A stretch of 64,000 nucleotides of DNA, taken from assembly GCA_049967855.1 (NCBI GenBank), contig JBMFRX010000002.1, forward strand, positions 67,925-131,924, given 5' to 3'. The notes under the pieces were generated by a model. It made no database searches. It worked only from the letters and a program-made list of their open reading frames with translations, and was not told where the DNA came from. The position numbers and the translations under genes are program-made. This document shows positions 58,556 through 64,000 of this stretch, piece by piece. This stretch comes from Caldisericaceae bacterium (lineage in GTDB: Bacteria; Caldisericota; Caldisericia; Caldisericales; Caldisericaceae). Numbering within the stretch: position 1 is the stretch's first letter; each line of letters begins with the position of its first letter.

Positions 58556-61135
58556 CTACAAATAACTCTTAGTATTAGTTGGTTCTATAAAAAGTATGAT
58601 GAAGAGAGAAAGGAGAACTGGAATTAGTATATAACCAAATTTTGTGAAATAAGGACTTCCCAATCGCAAATATGTCGCAGCAGAAATAATGTAGTAAGAA
58701 AGCACCAGAAGGACTAAAACGAAAGTCATAGCATTCATTGAAACATCGGGCGATTTCTTTTTTGAGTTGTACTCCTCAAGTATCATGAACAGCAGAGGTG
58801 AAGCAAAAACATAGGCATCCTTTATTGAAAGCATTATTGCAGAAATATACTTGGTCTGCCCGTAATATATATTCGACAGAGGGATTGAGATTAAAATTAC
58901 TGCCAGAGAAAGGGCAAGCAATGAAGCTAACTTCAGATTGAGGCTTCTGTTGACTATTGCAAGCAGAATGACAAATGCAATTATTACAATAAAAGGAATT
59001 AGTGCCCTATAAGTTACTTGTCCAAGAAACGGGATTGAGGAAGAGTCAAAGAAGAAAACAATTGATGAAATCGCTGAAAATATCGCAAGCAACTCTGTTT
59101 TTGTGATACGTTTGTTGCCGTCTGTGAAGAAAAACATCATGCAAAAAATGAAAGGAAAGTAGAGTAAGAATTGTTCGAATGACTGTATCGGAGGGAACCC
59201 ACTGTAAAACAAAGGACGCAGACTTCCAAATTCGACAAAATTGTACAAATACCCAATAAAGATATTAAATATCATTGCAAGCAACGAATTCTGTGGATGG
59301 TCTGTTTTAAAAGAGTAGATGAGAAAAAGGGCAGCAAACAGCAAGTAAGTTACAGTTGTGGTAGAGTAATGAATATAAGCTCTGTTCAAGAGGATAATCA
59401 AAATCGAACTGAGAATTACAAGTATATAAAAACCGCTATTTGATATTTTATTGTTTATGTGAACATTTTTATTGAGAATCACAAGTAACATTGCAAGAAC
59501 CAAGAATGCAAAGAATATCCAATCGTAACTTATTTCATTCTGTCGGTTTACAGTGAAGCTTATGTTATCAAAAGAAACAGTTACAGGCAACTGGTCTAGC
59601 ACTATTATCTTTTCTTCAAATTGCCCCAGTGTTAGTTCCACTGGGTTTGAGCTGAACTGTGTTTTAAGTTCTATATTTTCCTTTCCCGAAGCGATACCTG
59701 TGTTTACAAAAATAGTTTCCATGCTTGTAGAGTTTGAAGGTTCTTTGAAAACGCCCAAATTCGTAGGAGAAAAAGCAATAGGTGCAATCCTTACGAAGTC
59801 AAAATCATTGACCTTATCTGTAACCTCAAAGTCACTCCCTTCTTGACTTATCTTTAGTAAGGTACCTGTGCTGTTGATGGCTCTGAATTGATTGTTGGCA
59901 AAATATACAAAGTCGTTTGCAGGCTTTAATGTTATATCTCCACTTCCTTTTATGCAATAAAAAGAGAAATTTGCTGAACCGAATTTTGTAATGATAGCTT
60001 CCTGAGAATTGGCAAGGCCATTAAAACCTGCTTGGTTAAGTTGTTTTATTAAGTTGGTCGTCGATGTTATTAGACCCGCATTTTGGTTCAAAAAATCTTC
60101 ATAGTATAAGAATTCACCTGTTTTAAGGTCTCTTCTGAACTCTGGATAGATTCCGTATAAAGTACAGTAATTTAGAAGTTCTTCGAGCCTCTTCCTTGTG
60201 GTAAAGTTGCCGTCGAATGTCATAAAAATCTGTTTCTTCGGGAAGCTTATGCGTGCTTCCTGAAGGAGACCTAGGTTATCGTAATTATAGCTAATCCCAA
60301 TGATGTCTGCATACTTGCCCATTTCAATGGTGTCTTTGGTTAGATTCTCTACAATTAAGAGTTTGCCTTTGCTATGTAAATATGAGGCAAGTTTTTCAAG
60401 TGACTCTGACAGAATTTTCTTGTAAGTATCGTCAATTTTGCTGTTCGGAATGTCTATGTAAAATCCCGCAAAGTCAAGGGTATTGTTTGATAGCTTGTTT
60501 CTTTGTACGAGAGTGTCAAAAAAGCACGGTTCTATGTCATATGTTTTTGCCAGATCAAAACAAGATAATCTCTCTCCGTTTATAACTTTCGATGGATCCA
60601 GCAGAAAATAAGTTGTTATTTTGTTTGTCTTAACTATGTGACGTTCTGGTATTTGAATATAACCGCTCTTTGTAGACTCTACTTTGTAAGTTATGTTTAC
60701 TTCAGGCTCGCTTGGAAGAGCGTATTCAACTGCTCTGCCGTTTTTCTTATAGAGAGAAAGAATTGCTGATCTGGTTCTTTCATATTCTTGCAAATCTGTT
60801 GGAGAAATTGATTCGAAATAACTGACGAGATCGTCTTCACTCATTTCTTTAGATGAAGTAATGGAATAGATAAATAAGTTGATTGGTGCAAATTCCTGCA
60901 CAGAATGCAAGTTTGCAATTTCCTCGTCGTTTACAAGATCCATAATGCTTGGAGCTTTAACTAGACCAACGGGAACATTCTGATTTATAGAGGTGAAGTC
61001 TTGCAGCGATATGTTTGAAACTACTAAACCCGTAAGCCACGGCACGTCTCCGTATTGAGAAGCCATAACAGTCATAGGGGCAACAAATAGCAGTAAAATT
61101 AAAGATATTAAGGAAATGCTAAGTATTCTTTTCAC
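58556..61135 (-). CDS. Large exported protein with polytopic C-terminal membrane domain; hypothetical
   Basis: Signal peptide, about 510 aa soluble region, about 10 C-terminal TM segments; GTG start at 61135 preferred because TATAAT lies 6 nt upstream. Confidence 0.75.
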   Translation of the reverse strand: MKRILSISLISLILLLFVAPMTVMASQYGDVPWLTGLVVSNISLQDFTSINQNVPVGLVKAPSIMDLVNDEEIANLHSVQEFAPINLFIYSITSSKEMSEDDLVSYFESISPTDLQEYERTRSAILSLYKKNGRAVEYALPSEPEVNITYKVESTKSGYIQIPERHIVKTNKITTYFLLDPSKVINGERLSCFDLAKTYDIEPCFFDTLVQRNKLSNNTLDFAGFYIDIPNSKIDDTYKKILSESLEKLASYLHSKGKLLIVENLTKDTIEMGKYADIIGISYNYDNLGLLQEARISFPKKQIFMTFDGNFTTRKRLEELLNYCTLYGIYPEFRRDLKTGEFLYYEDFLNQNAGLITSTTNLIKQLNQAGFNGLANSQEAIITKFGSANFSFYCIKGSGDITLKPANDFVYFANNQFRAINSTGTLLKISQEGSDFEVTDKVNDFDFVRIAPIAFSPTNLGVFKEPSNSTSMETIFVNTGIASGKENIELKTQFSSNPVELTLGQFEEKIIVLDQLPVTVSFDNISFTVNRQNEISYDWIFFAFLVLAMLLVILNKNVHINNKISNSGFYILVILSSILIILLNRAYIHYSTTTVTYLLFAALFLIYSFKTDHPQNSLLAMIFNIFIGYLYNFVEFGSLRPLFYSGFPPIQSFEQFLLYFPFIFCMMFFFTDGNKRITKTELLAIFSAISSIVFFFDSSSIPFLGQVTYRALIPFIVIIAFVILLAIVNRSLNLKLASLLALSLAVILISIPLSNIYYGQTKYISAIMLSIKDAYVFASPLLFMILEEYNSKKKSPDVSMNAMTFVLVLLVLSYYIISAATYLRLGSPYFTKFGYILIPVLLSLFIILFIEPTNTKSYL

Positions 61136-61545
61136 AGTCAAATTATACTACAAAAATTGAAATGCTAAAAGCAGTTTTCGCATTCATAAGCAAATTTTGA
61201 TGGCAAATCCACGCAAAGAAAACTTATTTCGATTGTTAATCAAAGGATGAGCGAAAATATATTTTTGTTTTTGTAATAAATATCTATTTTCTTCTTTCTT
61301 CATTCAGATAATTTGAATTGATTCTTTCTACTAAGAAGCTATAAAATGATTATTTGAAATTTTGCCGATTTGCTATCTCTACGCCCTCTTTGTATTTTTA
61401 ATTTTCTATGTCTAACGCTTTTAGCAAAATTTGCCTTGCGTTTTTCTGAAATCTGATTTTCAATTTTTTATTAAGAACTGAAAACAATTATTCAAAAATC
61501 TAATTTAACTGCTATAATAATAAAAAGATACCGTAAGGAGGAAAA

Positions 61546-62352
61546 ATGGACGATAGGATAGAATTTGGCGTTTTCGGGGGTTCTGGTTTCTACTCTTTTC
61601 TTGAGGCTGCTCAAGAAGTAAAGGTTGAAACTCCGTACGGTGCCCCATCAAGCCTTGTTGCAATTGGAAGCTACAAAGGCAGGAAAGTTGCGTTCTTGCC
61701 ACGCCATGGAAAGTTGCATGAGTTGCCGCCTCATAAGGTTCCCTACAAGGCGAACCTCTGGGCTATGAAATCTCTAGGAGTAACTCGCATTATAGCACCA
61801 ACCGCTGTAGGGAGCTTGCAGTCAGACTACAAAATTGGTGAGTTTGTCGTGACAGACCAGTTTATCGACAGGACATCAGGAAGAGATTGCACTTTTTATG
61901 ATGGTCCGATAACTACTCATATAAGTACGGCTGATCCCTATTGTCCAGAGCTCAGGGCAATTTCAATAGAAGCACTGAAAAATCTCAATCTACCGTTTCA
62001 CTCCAGTGGAACTGTTGTGGTTGTCCAGGGGCCTCGATTTTCCACTAAGGCAGAGAGCATTTGGTTTACAAAGATGGGGTGGCACACAATTAATATGACA
62101 CAGTATCCAGAGGTGGCGCTTGCAAGAGAGCTTGAGATGTGCTACGTTAACATTGGCGTTATTACCGATTATGATGCAGGGCTTGTGGCCGAAGGAGCAG
62201 TTCTTCCAGTTACACAGGAAGCCGTAGTTGAGAAGTTCAATAGTAGCATCGACAAGTTGAAAGAAGTGATAAAGTTCATCATAGAATTTACCCCTAAAGA
62301 AAGGCATTGCAAATGCGGTGAAGCCTTAAAAGGAGCAAGAGTCGGAGAATGA
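61546..62352 (+). CDS. mtnP: S-methyl-5'-thioadenosine phosphorylase
   Basis: GGSGFY, TPYGAPS, FLPRHG, DQFIDRT, GPRFSTKAES, INMTQYPE, TDYD. Confidence 0.93.
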   Translation: MDDRIEFGVFGGSGFYSFLEAAQEVKVETPYGAPSSLVAIGSYKGRKVAFLPRHGKLHELPPHKVPYKANLWAMKSLGVTRIIAPTAVGSLQSDYKIGEFVVTDQFIDRTSGRDCTFYDGPITTHISTADPYCPELRAISIEALKNLNLPFHSSGTVVVVQGPRFSTKAESIWFTKMGWHTINMTQYPEVALARELEMCYVNIGVITDYDAGLVAEGAVLPVTQEAVVEKFNSSIDKLKEVIKFIIEFTPKERHCKCGEALKGARVGE

Positions 62353-63059
62353 TTCCTCTAAAAGATACTCAAGAAACAAAGACATTTCCTTTTCTAACTA
62401 TACTAATAATTCTTCTAAATGTTTTGGTTTATATCTGGATGGATATGATCATAGGAAGTGCACCAGACCAGGCTGCTGCTCAAGCAAGCTTGTACTTTCG
62501 GTACGGTATTGTTCCGTTCGAGATAACAACAGGTAAACAAATTTCTGGATATCCTTCTATATCTCCTTTATGGCTTTCTATTTTCACATCTATGTTTGTA
62601 CACGGCGGGTTTATGCACATTGCTGGAAACATGCTTTATTTTTGGATTTTCGGCAACAATATTGAGGATTATCTTGGACACTTTAAATTCTTGCTGTTTT
62701 ACCTTGCTTCAGGTGTTGCTGCCGCAGCAGTTCAAATTTTTACAAGCCCTAATTCGACCGTACCAGTAATAGGAGCAAGCGGTGCAATTGCAGGCATAAT
62801 GGGGGCATACTTTTTCCTGTATCCCCGTGCACGCATAAAAACACTTGTGTTTGTATTGTTCTTTTTCACATTCATCCAAATTCCAGCTTACATTTTTCTT
62901 CTTATATGGTTTCTTATGCAGCTCTCGAGTGGATTTTCTACCTTTGGAAGTGCCTCTGGGGTCGCTTTTTGGGCACATGTCGGAGGATTTATCTTTGGCT
63001 TTATAGTTGCGGTTCTTACAAAGTCGTTGAGACATGAACCAGAAGAGTACTGGAACTGA
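62349..63059 (+). CDS. Rhomboid intramembrane serine protease
   Basis: TSMFVHGGFMHIAGNM, GASGAIAG, AFWAHVGG. Confidence 0.93.
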   Translation: MIPLKDTQETKTFPFLTILIILLNVLVYIWMDMIIGSAPDQAAAQASLYFRYGIVPFEITTGKQISGYPSISPLWLSIFTSMFVHGGFMHIAGNMLYFWIFGNNIEDYLGHFKFLLFYLASGVAAAAVQIFTSPNSTVPVIGASGAIAGIMGAYFFLYPRARIKTLVFVLFFFTFIQIPAYIFLLIWFLMQLSSGFSTFGSASGVAFWAHVGGFIFGFIVAVLTKSLRHEPEEYWN

Positions 63060-63855
63060 AGGAATAGAGACAGAACTTCGCCGCATTTCCCGCAAAGTTG
63101 ACCTACTGGGTAGATTTGCAGAAAATTCAGGAGTTACGATTAATGACCTGATTAACGTAAGAGGGTTTTCACTGAAAGAGACATCTTCTACAAGAAAATT
63201 CCTGCAGAGAATAGATACTGATTTATTATTCGAGTCGCTTACAAGTTATTATTTCAGGAGGTTCCTTGGGGATGCCTTAAATCTAGGTACCGTTGATAGA
63301 GAAAAAACTAGCATACTTATTTCTAAATGGGGCAGAGACTGTTTGGATTTCATTGCAAAAGCCATAGAGATAGGAATAGCAAAGAAAATGCCTTATGGTC
63401 TTGGGATGAAGTTAACGGTGAACGACTTTGGCGTTATGTTAGAGTGGTTCATAGCGGAATTTCTAAGAAAAAGCGAGTCCTTTGAGGCGATATTTGAGGT
63501 TCATTTGAAGAATCTCAAAGACGGAGGGGATATAGATATACTTGCTAGAAATAAGCTCGATTTAATTATGATTGAGTGCAAGGAGAGCCCTCCCAACAAT
63601 GTTCCTGTGTCAGAGCTTAAGTCAATAATGGCAAGAGTTCACAAGATAGACCCCGATATATTCATCCTGGCGATAGATACGACGCTTTCTATTCAAAGAA
63701 ATATTCTTGATAACATAAATTGGATTTCACATTCTTTGCCAATCAGATTGCGCGAAGGAGTTTACATTTTCAACAACAACAGCTTTGTGGTAACAGCCAA
63801 AAGGGACCTGCTCAAAAACATCTCCTTTGCAATTAGCCTGGCAAATAAACATTGA
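63034..63855 (+). CDS. Hypothetical protein with C-terminal PD-(D/E)xK nuclease-like domain
   Basis: FGVMLEWFIA...GGDIDILA...IMIECKES. Confidence 0.6.
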   Translation: MNQKSTGTEGIETELRRISRKVDLLGRFAENSGVTINDLINVRGFSLKETSSTRKFLQRIDTDLLFESLTSYYFRRFLGDALNLGTVDREKTSILISKWGRDCLDFIAKAIEIGIAKKMPYGLGMKLTVNDFGVMLEWFIAEFLRKSESFEAIFEVHLKNLKDGGDIDILARNKLDLIMIECKESPPNNVPVSELKSIMARVHKIDPDIFILAIDTTLSIQRNILDNINWISHSLPIRLREGVYIFNNNSFVVTAKRDLLKNISFAISLANKH

Positions 63856-63926
63856 TGACTTACTTTCAGTATTTTGCCATCTTGTGATAAAATACAATCT
63901 GTATCCCTTTTTGGAGGTAATAGATA

Positions 63927-64000
63927 ATGGTAAGAGTAAGGTATGCGCCTTCCCCTACAGGGGAAATTCATATAGGCAATGCAAGAACAGCATTGTTCAA
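63927..64000 (+). CDS. gltX: Glutamyl-tRNA synthetase; partial, runs off the right edge
   Basis: MVRVRYAPSPTGEIHIGNARTALF (HIGH-type motif HIGN); SD GGAGGT upstream. Confidence 0.9.
   Translation, partial: MVRVRYAPSPTGEIHIGNARTALF

Noticed and set aside
61141..61545. 400-nt AT-rich intergenic region as a possible origin, CRISPR leader or ncRNA
   Set aside because: No DnaA boxes, repeats or strong stems seen; fits divergent promoters.

Overview
About 60 genes of AT-rich bacterial chromosome, mostly housekeeping, from an anaerobe (four-subunit 2-oxoacid:ferredoxin oxidoreductase, ferredoxin, GTP-PEPCK). Several genes are of types common in archaea. The mix is reminiscent of Caldisericota or Thermotogota, but this is an unverified inference. 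Recognisable genes: ligA-gatCAB, DUF996-lemA-htpX, thrC-thrA-asd, pckG, treT, plsY, deoB-recG-rsmD, grpE-dnaK-dnaJ-pyk with a CIRCE-like operator, porCDAB, mtnP and the start of gltX. I saw no tRNA, rRNA, CRISPR array, prophage or IS element. Most interesting: (1) the threonine operon has no thrB but ends in an unannotated protein with HAD motifs in circularly permuted order (III-IV-I-II), a candidate new homoserine-phosphorylating enzyme, and the operon is bracketed by two near-identical hairpins; (2) a Bacteroides-type serine palmitoyltransferase-like gene and a YghO/bCerS-like GNAT suggest sphingolipid synthesis; (3) a direct-repeat promoter motif, (C/A)TTCA(C/T)R-N4-HTTCAMA-N9-(-10), occurs before four envelope loci, including the locus of an OmpR-family two-component system; (4) one of those targets, a secreted-domain/4Fe-4S membrane protein, is split by a single in-frame TAA; (5) a stand-alone degenerate GGDEF protein keeps its I-site; (6) several genes look leaderless. 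All family assignments come from motif recognition by eye, with no database search.
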